In this document: piece after piece, positions 13,701 to 26,439 of the stretch
Position numbering within the stretch: position 1 is the stretch's first letter
How the letters are laid out: the number at the start of each line of letters is the position of its first letter
DNA from: Mesotaenium endlicherianum
Taxonomy: Eukaryota
DNA: 64,000 nucleotides
Assembly: GCA_009602735.1 (NCBI GenBank)
Contig: WELA01003606.1
Coordinates: forward strand, 80,770 to 144,769
Direction of reading: 5' to 3'
The notes under the pieces: generated by a model
Seen by the model: the letters and a program-made list of their open reading frames with translations, nothing else
Database searches by the model: none
Told to the model about the DNA's origin: nothing
Made by a program: the position numbers and the translations under genes

Positions 13701-15235
13701 AGTTAGAAGATCATGCAATCAAGACCCTTCTAAAGCTGCACCTATCAGAAGTCAACAGGCTCCTCCTTGTGACTGGCACCCACTCTTCTGCCTAAAAGTC
13801 TCTCTCAAACAAGCTAAATCAGCTACCTACACAAAACGTTGTCTCATTGTCTCAGAAAGGATCACATATACTTTTATTTACACCAACCAGCTCTCCGGTG
13901 CTGTTCAGCTGCATGATAGCGTACCTGCACGACCCATATCTGAGACATAGTCCATGATTAGGGAGCTCCGGGTCTGCACACAACTCCTCCTCCAATTGCT
14001 CCTCTGAACTGCTGACATGTGAGCTCTGCCTGACAAGGCCAGCTCATTGGCTGTGCCTTCCACAAAGACGGATGACTGCTCATACCTCAAAGACAGAACG
14101 TAACGACTAAGAGACTTCAATTCAGTTGCCGGACTTGCACCAGATAGAGCTGACAACACGGGGTCATCTATTCGGTTCTGGCTTTTTTGTGCTACCGCAA
14201 GAACAGTCGTATCATGACTAAGAGACTTCATACATGAGCCAATGGAAAAGATATGTCTCAAGGAATCCTGTGTACTCTTTGTCTCCCATCACTTGCGCCT
14301 ACCCCCTGCCCGAAAGCTTAAGCAGCTACTGCACCAACGGAGCAAACTAACTATGTGGACATATGTCTCCGCATAACCACCTGATAATGGTCTGCACAAT
14401 CATCTAGAGCACTCAAAGCAACATGCTGAAAATTCCTGACTTCAGATTGGGCAAGGAGGACCTAAATATCTGGCTGCACTCTTAAATGCTGCATGAAGAA
14501 GCAGGTGCATCTAGTAGGACGCTCGCTGTCAAACACCAGTTTTGGAAGAACTTAGTGTATGTACCTTAGTACACGCCTACTTCTGATAAAAGCCAGAACC
14601 CCCAATTATCGACACGCAACAACTGACAAGGTGTGCGTAGTAGAATGCATAATTCTTCTTTGAACAAGATGAATGGCTTGTAACTGCTATCGTGACCCAT
14701 GTACCACATTCGAACTTTAGCCGGCAGTCATTGATATACAATATGCACAATGCCGTGGCTGTTTGACCTGCTTGAGCTAAGATGAAGCAAACAGATACGT
14801 GCAGATCACTTGCCTAAACTCCAAAACCTTATAAATCCTCCTTCGCTACAAGGCAACAATCTTAAGCGTGTTGCTTTCCAACATGTTGTACGATATGTTC
14901 TATTCGACCTCTTTGTCAATGTTGCTCTATGAGGTAAAGAAGACTACTATAGGTGAAAAACTTCGCAAAGTACTTGGCCAAGCTCTGTGAAGATTCAAAG
15001 CCGGAAGCATATATTATATTGTCCCCCAAACCATTACGTAATTAGAAAGACCACTGTGATGCTACGAACTTTCATATACAGATGTACAGCGACGAACCTT
15101 TGCAGCTCCTAGACGGCAAAAGCTGACTTTTCCAACGTGATGGCATCGTCGTCTCTCGGTTGCAAATACTGAAGGGTGGGTTGCAATAGCTCCTTTAAGA
15201 GCTGCTGTCATACCAGCAATCTGCAAAGTTGCCAT
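7779..15235 (-). CDS. ZDS: Zeta-carotene desaturase, spliced. Firm exons: 13427-13303, 12577-12443, 12108-12036, 11743-11670, 11332-11228, 10867-10623, 10001-9914, 9551-9509, 9290-9134, 8948-8820, 8691-8619, 8329-8165, 7922-7779 (TAG). Preceding exon ends at 13925 (start probably 13973). Tentative first exon 15235-15098 (transit peptide-like); alternative ATG at 14231
   Basis: Exons join through GT-AG introns with consistent phases and give [87 protein letters not shown], all characteristic of plant ZDS; the 5' end is uncertain. Confidence 0.93.
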
Positions 15236-15812
15236 CTCTGAAGCCTGACTTTGCCAAAATATTGCAGGCAGGGCTTTGACAAGTTATCAGCCCTCTACAG
15301 TAAGAGAAGTTATTATTGTTATAATCTCAACAGAGCGGCCATTCTGATTCCAGGCCAACAGGAGCTGAATGCTTTCTCAAGCGAAGATTGCAAAGCTCTG
15401 AAATAAGACGAAATACAGCGCCCTCACGGATGACTATAGCGAGACTCTAGCTATTACCTACAAGCTGCTCTATCAAATGGCCTGATGATTGAAGTTCTAA
15501 GACTAGATAGACTAGATAGACTCAGTTAGACTCAGATAGACGGCCAAATACAGAGCTTTCGCTAGTGACTGTTTCATGTGGCAGGAAAAGGAGCTTCTGC
15601 GCACACCTGCAGGTTCTAATGGATAAGCTAAAGCAAGCCACGACTCCTGAATACAGTGATGACGTCGACCGTTATAACGGGATAGAATGTGGTGACGGCA
15701 CAACAAAAGCTTGTGCTCGCGTCCACCAGCGTCGACACCAGCGTCCACCAGCGTCCACCAGCGTCCAAGGCAGGTCCAAGCAGGTCCAAGCCTCGAAGGT
15801 TTTCATGCCTAT

Positions 15813-17343
15813 TGTCGCGACTATTATCCGTTTGACGGTGTCGCACGCGCAGCGCAAGCTACGGCCACCTAGTGCTGAAAGTCAACCTTGACTCACCGAC
15901 CACTTGACAGATTACATCGCAGTCAGCGGTTATGGCGGCGTCAAGACCACTGGCAAGGAGTCAATGTCAGTGTGCCCCACACCCAAGGATGGGGGAGGTT
16001 TTGACAAGACAGTCGCGAGGCTAGGAGCTGGGGATCAGCGATGAGCCGCCCAGCAAGTACCAGGTCAGGTACTGTGTGACTGGCAGATTAAGCCAGGTCA
16101 TGGCTGCAATGCCAAGATAGGTTACGGCCGCCCAGTTGGAAAACTTGAGCAAGTGGCATTTGCTTGCACGCCGCTCAGGAATTCTTAGCCATGAGCCAAT
16201 TAGGCGTGACTGCCAGCTGAGAAGCTAAGCAGCCACGCGCGACAGTCACAAGGTGTGCATGCATGCTGAGTGACTACGAGTTTGAGTTGAGCATGGCTAG
16301 GCAGAGGCGACATGCAGCTAAGTTGTGTGACTAAGCACGGCATTCTCGAAACATGACGCTGTGTGGTGCCTGCGAAAGGCACGAATCTCGCCTGAGACAT
16401 GTCATTCACTCTCACGCACCTTTGCCAAGAGGCAGAAGGAAAGAGAATAAGGGCGCGAAAAAGAAAAAGGAGTTCCCAAGGCCACTGGAGGGCCAAAGCC
16501 CCACGCTTCTGACGACACCGAAGATTCTTCTGTGTATCATAGATAAGTTAGGATTGTAGGAGTTCCCAAGAGGGAATCTCACGGTTGAAGAAGGAGAACT
16601 GCAGAATAGAATTCGCTAGGAGATTAGCACAGAGTCAGCCGAACGCCACAAGTGTGTGTGTGTGAAGCAGCCTTAAAATGGTGAGTTGTGTGTTGATTTC
16701 CAAATTCTCAGAAGTCGCATTCGCATCTCGAAGAGAGAGAGTAGTATTGACAGATAAAGCTCTCAGTGAAGAACTGAGTGAGCCCAGCCTGGCAGTGAAG
16801 AGCTGTTAAGGTGCGGTGTTAAGTGAAGAGCTTGACCCAGGCCAGCATAGACGTAGTTTCAGAGTTTTGTAAGCTGACTTGTGGAAGTTAAGCGAAAGCC
16901 TGAAGGGCGATTTTCTCAAAATCTGACGTTGCATGTCAAGCTGCTTAGAGTGTGATTTCTGCAAACTACAATTTGCTCACCTGTGAATCCAAGAACCTTA
17001 AGGCATAAAGCCTATGTGGAAGTAAGAGGCTTCCGTCCTTGTAAGAGGAATTATGGCAAGGCGAGTATTTTTTAAATTTTCTGCTAAAGTCTTAGGATAA
17101 GCAGATGGTGAGAGCCGGGTGACAAAGAACGTCACCCTGAATGTTGGTCAAGGCTGCATGGTGCAAGTTCAGGAACCCAGGGATGGGTTAACCCTGGTAA
17201 AGCTTGTCACCGACACACGTGCAAAGGTCGATCGACCATGTCTACCACACGTGAGGAGGGCCACCGACACATCAACCAGGCCGAAGGCACACGTGCTGGA
17301 AGGCTACGCACGTGCCGAGGGACCGACACTGTTAGGCACGACA
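15813..17343 (+). mobile_element. F1 solo A-B unit with perfect 4-bp TSD
   Basis: A 15813-17039 plus B 17040-17343; CTAT at 15809-15812 and 17344-17347; termini TGTCG..CGACA. Confidence 0.92.
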
Positions 17344-18862
17344 CTATTCCGCGTCGCGGCCAAGTGATACCATGTGATATGGTGTGAACCAGGCCCAGGA
17401 TTTGACAAAATCCTTGAATTTCGGCAACACCCTGACAGGGAATATATGGATTTCAGCCAACACCCGACTCAAAATGAAGGATTTTAAGAGGCATGTCGCG
17501 ACTACTATCCGTTTGACGGTGCCGCACGCGCAGCGCAAGCTATGGCCACCCAGGTACGGAAAGTCAACGTTGACTCACCGACCACTTGACTGATTTCGTT
17601 GCAGTCAGCGGTTATGTCAGCATCAAGACCACTGGCAAGGGGCCAATGTCAATGTGCCCCACACCCAGGGATGGGGGAGGCTTTGACAGCATAGACAGCC
17701 GTGAGACTAGAAGCTGGGGATCAGTAATGAGTCGCCCAGCAGGTACCAAGCCCAGTACTGTGTGACTGGCAGATTAAGCCAGGTCATGGCCGCAATGCCA
17801 AGATAGATTACGGCCGCCCGACTGGGAACCTTGAGCAAGTGGCATTTGCTTGTACACACCGTGCAAGAGTTCTTAGCCCTGAGCCAATTAGGCGTGACTG
17901 CCAGCTGAGAAGCTAAGCAGCCACGCGCAACAGTCACGAGGTGTGCAGGCATGCTGAGTGACTACGAGTTTGAGTTGAGCATGGCTAGGCAGAAGCGACA
18001 TGCAGCTAAGCTTTGTGACTAAGCACGGCATTCTCGAAGGATGACGCTATGTGGTGCCTGCGAAAGGCATGAACCTTGCCTGAGACATGTCATTCACTCT
18101 AACGCACTTTTGCCGAGAAGCAAAGGAAGCAGAAGGAAGGAGAAGAAGGGCGCGAAGAAGAAGAAGGAGTTTCTTAGGCCATTGGAGGGCCGAGGCCCCA
18201 CGCTTCTGCCGACGCTGAAGATTCTTCTCAGTGTATCGTAGATAAGTTAGGATTGTAGGAGTTCCCAAGAGGGAATCTCACTTTTAAAAGTAGGAGAACT
18301 GCAGAATAGAATCTGCTAGGAGACTAGCACAGATTCGGCCGAACGCCACAAGTGTGTGTGAAGCAGCCTTAAAATGGTGAATTGTGTGTTAGTTTCCAGG
18401 TTCTCAGAAGTCGCATTCGCATCTCGAAGAGAGAGAGTAGTATTGACGGATAAAGCTCTCAGTGAAGAACTGAGTGAGCCCAGCCTGGCAGTGAAGAGCT
18501 GTTAAGGCGCGGAGTTAAGTGAAGAGCTTGACCCAGGCCAGCATAGACGTGTGGTTTCAGAGTTTTGTAAGCTGTGACTTGCGAAAGTTAAGCGAAAGCC
18601 TGAAGGGCGATTTTCTCTGAACCTGACGTTGTATGTCAAGCTGCTTAGACTGTGATTTCTGCAAACCACAATTTGCTCACCTGGGAACTCAAGAACCTTA
18701 AGGCATAAAGCCTATGTGGAAGTAAGAGACTTCCGTCCTACTTCTGAGAACCTCGGTTCTGTGGTTCAAGTGAGTAGAAATTCCCAAGCAAATTGGGGAT
18801 TGAGGCCTGTGAGGGCCGCCGGTGCTCAACCTGGAAGGTGGCCCGGAGAAATTCAACTGTAC

Positions 18863-20560
18863 ATGCGGTTGAGGAGTGGAAGACTCTATGACCTTGTAAA
18901 GTGGAGCCTGCGGAAGGTTCTGATTCAAGCCAGAGTCCACGAGGAAGTGAGACATCTGAGCGCACGGATAACCTGTGGAGTGAGCAACCGTCGGGAGACG
19001 AGTCTCGCCATACTGCCACGAACGGTGTGAATCCGTATCACACGCAAGCCTTTGTACCCAATTTGGGCAGAGAGCACGACGTGTGGGGTAAAGATAGTGA
19101 GTCTTGGTCCCCATTCGAAATGACTGGTGATGATAAGGATGAAAATCCTAAATTCAAGTTGTCTACAAAGTGTTTTAGTGGACGAACCGGGGTAAATAGT
19201 CTCACTTTCGAAGAGTTTGATGAGATCTATTGGGCTAACTTCTTTGAGAAAATCCGACAGGAGTCTTCTTACACTCGATTAGTCGCTTTTATAAGCTTGA
19301 TTCAGTACTTGGACAAGGATGTCTTGTTGCTTAATTGCCAATTCCGGAAGGATGAGAACCTTACCCAGGAATGGGCGTTTGACAAGCAAAAGAAAGCAAG
19401 GGAGAAAGAGGCTGCGAAAGCCCGCCTTACCGCTTTGTTTTCAGGAAGAGCGATACCTGCTGCACCTGTTGAGAGCATAGACTTAGCTGCACTACACAAG
19501 AATTAACAGATGCCATGAGGCAACTCACCGAGGGTCAGCAGCGAGCGGCTACTCGAAATGATGATGTTGGGTCTGTCGCAGAATTGCGTAAAATGTGTGC
19601 AGAATTGTCTGAAAAGATTGCTATTGCTCAGGAACGAGTAACGCGCAGAGCTGCACCTTTTACAGGGCAGCATGGTGATAGTGCCACCACGGAAGCAAGC
19701 CATGCGCAAGCGTTGGCTAGTTGCTGTAGGGATATGGAGGCTGGGGATGACCAGTTAGACTCTGAGCACTGTCTGCGTCGTTTCTTTAAGTTGCTTGAAG
19801 CAAAACTCCCAGAGGATCGCAGTCATAAGGTGCACCGTTATGTGCATTTTGTCCGTCAGAAGAGCGAGACAGTGATGGAGGTCAAATCCAGATTGGTAGA
19901 CCTTGCCAAGAAGGCAGGGATCTATGAGCCTAGGATTGTGGCTGACAAATTCTTATCGTGTTTGGGTAAAGACACAGATCGGGAGGTCAGGCCGCACCTA
20001 TCTGCAAAACGCGGAATCGACTAGAACATTGACGAGGTTTCTGAAATAGCACGCAATGTCGAGGAAGGTAAAGTTTGGTACAAGGACGCGTTCAGGAAGC
20101 TTATGGCTCCTGAGAGAAGGGAGGAATCCTTTCAGCCTAATGCCAATAGCTCTAATTTTCAATTTAAGAGGAAGAGCGGGTCCTTCAATAGGTTTGCTAA
20201 GCACGCCAACACTGCTGAGACAGCAGAGGGCTGTTGGAATTGCAGAAAATCAGGACATCAGAAGAGAGATTGTCCGTACTCGGATGCTAAGCAATTGTCT
20301 TCGAGCAAGGCGCAGGTATGCGCACATTGCAGCAAAAAGGGACACTCAGAAGATGAGTATTGGTCCAAGAATCCAAATCTGAAGCCACCATGGGCTAATG
20401 CTGCCACTAAAGAGGCAGATAAGGGTAAGAAAAAGGAGAAAAATAACTATGGTAACCAAAAGGGTAACCAGAAGTACGATGCTATGAGTGCAAAGATTGC
20501 AGAGTTGAAAGCTCAAATTGTAAGACTAAATGTGCCTAATGTCTATTACGATGCAGATGT
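18863..20560 (+). pseudogene. F1 Gag with two zinc knuckles (frameshifted)
   Basis: MRLRSGR start at 18863; fragments 18901-19506, 19515-20024, 20103-; CWNCRKSGHQKRDC and CAHCSKKGHSEDEY. Confidence 0.8.
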
Positions 20561-20929
20561 GGCCGAAAGGACCGTCTTCAAAGGCGAGAAGCTGACGCCT
20601 GAGAAGGCCGTGGCTGCAACAACTTTGGAGCGTGCAGATCATGACCGTCTGGTTCCAAGGAATACTGAGAAGCTTCCTCAGACCTTTTGGATCACTCTCC
20701 ATGAGAACGAGATTGCGCAGCTACGACAAGCCAAGCCTAAGCCACGCAATACATTTAGTTTTTCGCTGGAGAAGCTGAAGGCTCTGGTGGAACATCGAAT
20801 TCAGCACATTCCTTGTCTTTCACTCGTTGATCTGCGTCTTACGTATCCTTTCACGGTTGAAGAAGCCGGACAGCAGCTGGACATAGCTGAGGAAGGCGCG
20901 AACAGCGCTTCATTGCCTACTAATTTCAG

Positions 20930-21345
20930 CACTGTGAGAGTGCAGAACAAGGATAGAGTTTTGACGTTCAACGACTGGGCCGCTCCCAATATCCTATTGG
21001 ACACTGGCGCACAGCCACTAATCTTGGGAAAGCGAGCTGTGAAAGCTCTGAAATTGACGGCAAGGGACCTGAAAGAAAGTCCTTTTCAATCGAGGACTGC
21101 ATTTGGGCAAATTTCAAAGTCTGGTGGAATCACTCGCAAGCCTGTGAAAATCACAGTAAACTTCGGGAAACCCGAGGAGGCATCACTGCTCATAGAATGC
21201 ACGGTGACAAAAGGCTGAGAACTATGATGTTCTCTTGGGGACAGAAGCCCTGATTCCCCTGGGTATGGTCATTGACCTGCGGAAGCAGAGGGTGACTTAC
21301 CAGTCGACAGATCGGCAGCCGACAGGAGAAATTCCTGTAAAATGG
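20930..21345 (+). pseudogene. F1 aspartic protease
   Basis: ILLDTGAQ active site; YDVLLG motif follows in another frame at ~21223. Confidence 0.85.
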
Positions 21346-21346
21346 T

Positions 21347-22624
21347 TTGCTCGGGAGAGGCGAACTACGGATTGCTAGACGTTGTGTGAATGACCGGTAT
21401 CCAGACCATTATGACCTCATCATGCAACGCGAAGAGGAGGGCTACACCAGCGTCAACATGCCGACTCCCTTGGTTTGGCAACCTCGGATTATGGAGCAAC
21501 TGGAAGCTGTGAGTAACAGGGACCGTGGCCCGCAAGAGCTGCTGCCAGTTCCCTACCCAATTAAGTCTGCTACCAATTTGATGCCTGGAGTAGACCCGCT
21601 GCCGCAAGGCATTGTGAGGATGGAAGATCCTTTTTGCAGGAGAGGAGTAGTAGTGCTGGAATTGTTCGCCGGACTTGGTTCTGGAACCATCTCACTGATT
21701 CAGCGAGGTATCCAGGTATCCAAAGTGCTGTATGTGGACAATGATGAGAGTGCTTTCACAGCATTTAAGGAGGTCATGAGTCAGATGCGGCAAATGCATC
21801 ATTTCAAGGCGTTGGTGCCTATTGACTCTAGTTTGGTGCGTCTTGTTGGAGGAAACGTTCTCGATGTGAAGTCTGAGGACCTGTATGGTTACAGGATTGA
21901 CTGGATCTTTACGGGATTCCCTTGTCAACCTTTCTCGCAAGCTGGGAACAGGAGGGGATTCAATCACCCGCGAGCACAACACTGGGAATGGATGGTGAAA
22001 AACATCAGTATGCTGCGGGAACGCCAGCATCTCTACCCACCAGTGTTTGTGATTGAGAATGTACATCCAGGGATGGATTACAACCAGATGAAGCGAGAAG
22101 ATCCATGGCTGGTCTTCAACTCCACCTTGGGTCATCATGTATTGATTAACGACGCTAGGCACGGAGGACTCTCACACTGGGCCTGACTATTCTGGATGAA
22201 CGGCATGTCCATTGAAATCGTGAGGGAGATGGAGGAGATTACGCGGCGCACACCAACGGCAGTATCTGTGGGAGAAGCACTGATGGTGGAAACCAAGCCA
22301 GTAATCAGGAGGGATTCCTACCCACAATACGTCGTCAACGAGCCAGGCCGGCCAAGGGTGGTGCTGCCCACCTTCACGGCATACCTAGGATCACGCGCAT
22401 TCGTGAATGGAGGACTGAGAATGGTCAAGAATGCGCACGACAAAGAAGCTCAGTGGAGAGAGCCGACAGCTGAAGAGAAGGGAAGGTGCCTGGGGGTACC
22501 CAACTCCATTGCACAAGAAATTGTTGCGATGGTGGGACAAGACGACGCTGGGAAGATATTCGGCAATATGATTGGGCATTACTCCATGACGTGGTTGGTG
22601 GAGACGATTATGACTTGGCAGTAG
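21347..22624 (+). pseudogene. Retrotransposon-borne C5 cytosine DNA methyltransferase domain (one in-frame TGA at 22184)
   Basis: Motif I VLELFAGLG (~21650), IV TGFPCQPFSQAG (~21911), VI VIENV (~22049), VIII-like HWA*LFWMN, IX-like REPTAEEKGRCLG, X IFGN (~22556), all in one frame. Confidence 0.92.
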
Positions 22625-24741
22625 ATGACGTTCTCTGACAAGCCTATGCCCAGGCCGAGACCAGTAACGATTGGAGTCCATGTGGTGCCAACCTCTGATC
22701 AGAGAGCTATCAAAGAAGCGCATCGGCGACAAGAAGAACATAGTGTTGAAAGGGACGCAGCTGAGGCTGACCAAGATGAAACACTCAGAGAAACCAGAGT
22801 GGTGGAGCTGACCAGGTGTCAAGACCTATTGGCGCGAATTGACAATCGGATGGCGGCTCTACACGACCCTCTGGAAAGAGAGCTGCGAAGGCTGCGAGAA
22901 GACGTAGCCATGAAAGACCACGCAACTGGTGCAGCAAACCCTTTGGTGAGCGCTGCAGCAAGCAAACCACAGGAGGTTCCATTATCTGCGGAACGTGCCA
23001 GCCAAGTATTTGTGAGGATGCCGAAATGGGAGGACAATACCACTTCTGAGTTACGGAACATGGCCCCAGATCAGGTCTACGGAAGCCCATCCCCAGACGC
23101 GGTAACGTCAAGATATGAAGAACGCCAGTGTAACATTGGCGAATGGGCCGAAGAATGCAGTCAGAAGTCAGGAAATTCTGGAGGGTCTGGAAAGACCATT
23201 TGCCTGGAGGTAATTTTTGAAGAACGCAGGAAGGAGACGGTCGAGAGATTGCCCGCTACACCTGTTCTGATGAACCCAGAGCCAGAGGCCAAGGGGCAAC
23301 CACAAGACACAATTGGCAGCACAGCTGAGTCGATCGCCAGGCAAATCATGGAACAATTGCTGGAAGCAGACGTCCCTTGACTCAAGGAAGAGAAAGTGGC
23401 GAAAGCAGCTCTCGCTCTACAGTCAGCCATCATCAACATGGCGAGGCTCAACACAAGAGGGGATGAAGAATGGCCGCCTCTTGGAGCAGAGAAGCCAGAG
23501 GAGGGAGAGGATGCAGAGATGCAAGGCCTTTCAGAGTTAGAGTTGCCATCACTCAACAATGAAGGGGACGCCAGGGAAGAAATTCCACGTTTTCCTACGC
23601 CAGAGTTGGATCTGCTTGACTCACAGGAGCTGAGGACAGACAACCGGGTAGCTGACCACTTGATGGAACCAAGCCCGGCAGACCTTTATGAAGAACTAAG
23701 GTCACCAATATCCAGTACCCCTGCTGCCAGTTTTTCAGTGGTAGAGCCTAAGTCAACAGTACGACCGCCGCAACGGCAGGAGGTGACTGCCTGCACTGCT
23801 AAAGTGGAGACAGCCCAAGGTAAGCCCGAGAGTCGTGCAAACAGACCAAGGAAGGTGGCCCGTGAGGGTAACGCATCTTTTAGAAGGATGCTAAAGCGAT
23901 ATTTCAAGCATAAGGGGAAGGCTCAGAGAGAGGGCGTCCCGCGAGGAACTACAGCCCCACCTTCTTTGCCTTTGCGGTATATTTTGCAGAGAGAGGGAGA
24001 GGACGGCTTGATTCGCAGGGCAATGGCATTGGGCATCAGTATGTCGCCAGGCAATAACACGCCCTTGTTGCAACTATCAAACCTTAGGATGTAGAGGCTG
24101 GAGGCACCCGCTCCCACGACACCTGCAATCCCAGAATGGGAACTGATGGATCTGAGAAACAACATCAGACGCTTAAACGCAGCAGACGATGCTTTCCTCG
24201 CACAACTAGCGGCACCTCAAAGGCCGCAAAAGTTGACGCAGGCATGGACGGTCACACCACCTGCAAGGGAGGAGTATGGCACGACCGTCGCCCGCATGGC
24301 TATTATTGAGCAAGAGTGGGGATGGGTAATCAGCCCTAGGACAGATCCTGCAGGTTGGCCAATGGCAAACCAACCTCGGCCACGTGAAGAAGGAGGAACA
24401 GGGACCAGTTGGACTGCAATCGACGAGGAAATGTTTCTGAGGCAACCCATCCGGAGGCGCCTGACGTACACCTCACCGCAGGAGAGGCGACGTGTCATTG
24501 GGAAAGGTAAAAAGCCTAGGAAACAGGCTGCAGAGCCTTTGGCAACGGAGGAGCAAGCTCAAAGCCCGCTACCCCACCTCCTAAGAATCAGGCAAAAAGC
24601 CCTGAGAGCCAGAATCAGGCAGAAAAGCCTGAGGGCCAGGATGAGGGCGGAAAGCCCCCATCTGCACCCAAGGAATAGCAACTACTGGATGCCTTTGTTG
24701 GGGAGAAGCAACCTGAAACTGAGACTTTTGCCATTGGGAAA

Positions 24742-26140
24742 ATGGTCTCAGCCCAGCAGAAAGCACAAGTAGAAAGGTTGCTGAAGAAACACCGCAAGGT
24801 GTTTGCTTTTACTAAAGAGGAGATTGGTAGAACCACTCCCGGTGTGTGTGAAATCACACTAACTACTGATAACCCAGTCAGGCTTGGGCCGCATAAGCTC
24901 AGTCAGACAGAGTGGGACTGTGTGGAGAAAACTTGCAAAGAGCTGCATAAGCTTCGCATGATTGAAAAATCTACCTCAGTGCATGGGGCTCCCACAGTAG
25001 TAGTCGCTAAAAAGGACGAGGCCGGCAATTACACTGCCACTCACATGTGTGGAGATTACAGGCGACTGAATCTCTACACGGAGCCAGACAGCTACGTGAT
25101 GCCTACACCGGAGCGGATCTTTGCGATTGCCACCACCGGAAAGGTGTTCAGCATCATCGATCTGCGCCAAGGTTTCAACCAGATCCCTGTGAAAACAGAA
25201 GATCGAGGTAAGACCGCTTTGTGGGCTCAAAGGGAACTTTGGCAATGGACAGTAATGCCATGTGGGCTGAAAAATGCCCCAGCCATATTTCAGAGGACTA
25301 TGGATAAAGTGCTGGAGGGGCTGGATTCTGCTAAACCATACATTGACGATGTGGTAGTATTCAGCAAGTCCACAGAGGAGCACCTCGAGCACTTGGAACA
25401 AGTGTTCCAGCGCCTGGAGAAATTCCAGATGAAGCTGCATCCTGGAAAGTGCAGATTCTTTGAGGCACACGTGCCTTACCTAGGACATGAGATGGGGAAC
25501 AATGCTATGTCCCCTCAGGCTATGAAGACTGAGGCCATTTACAAGATACCTGCACCTGCGAATGTGTCCAAGCTGAAAGCTCTGTTGGGGCTAAGCGGAT
25601 ACTATCGTAAGTTTATGGAGGATTATAGCAGAATTGCTAAACCCCTGACAAAACTCCTGAAAAAGGATGTGCCTTTTGTGTGGACAGAAGCTCAGGAGAA
25701 AGCTATGAACGAGCTTAAGGAGCGGCTGATAACAGCCCAGTCTTGCGAACGCCTGACTATTCCAAGCCGTTCAATCTGCACACTGACTGGAGTCGTGTGG
25801 GAATTGGCGCAGTACTCACTCAGGCCGCAAGCCCTAGAGAGGAGCATGTCATTGCCTATGCCTCACGCTCTAACAATTGAGCGGAGAGCAACTACTTGTC
25901 CTACGAAGGAGAGCTGCTGGCAGTGCTTTGGGCTGTCACACACTTGAGAGAATATCTGTGGGGAAGACCCTTCACGCTGATCACGGATCACTCACCATTA
26001 CTATGGCTGATGAAGAATGGAGACCTCACTGGTAAGTTGGCTCGCTGGGCTCTTAAGCTGCAAGAGTACCAAATGACGGTGGTGCACAGAGCAGGAGTGC
26101 TCAACAATGACGCCGATGGACTCAGCAGGAACCCAGGCCC
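24742..26140 (+). pseudogene. F1 reverse transcriptase and RNase H (frameshifted)
   Basis: MCGDYRRLN, IDLRQGFNQI, MPCGLKNAPAIFQ, YIDD; RNase H LHTDWS..GIGAVL, YEGELLAVLWAV, TDHSPL. Confidence 0.95.
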
Positions 26141-26439
26141 ATCTTTAGACGACAGAACAGGAGCTCAAGAGGGCAAAGACCCGAGCAGCCCAGCAGAGTT
26201 GGTGACCTGCCTAACCAAAATGGCTGGAATGGTAGCATCAGGTGAAGCTGAGCCTCTACTTCTGTTCAGTCCAGAGATCAGAAAAGATCAAGCTACTATG
26301 CACTGGCTGAAGACGGGAATTCACTTGGAAGGACTATCAGTGAAGGAGAAGGACCAGGTAAGCTATCGAGCTAAAAAGTTTTGCTGGAAACGCAACAACC
26401 TCTTTGAAATTGAAGGTACTGGTCAGGAGAAGTTAGTGC

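Noticed and set aside
15715..15792. (CCAGCGTCCA)-like and CAGGTCCAAG short tandem repeats upstream of ZDS
   Set aside because: Small minisatellite with no evidence of function.
15813..17343. A-B as an ordinary 1.5-kb solo LTR of a canonical element
   Set aside because: Copy 2 has only A at its 5' end and only B at its 3' end, and in both coding copies the PPT precedes B rather than A. Kept only as the alternative to test.
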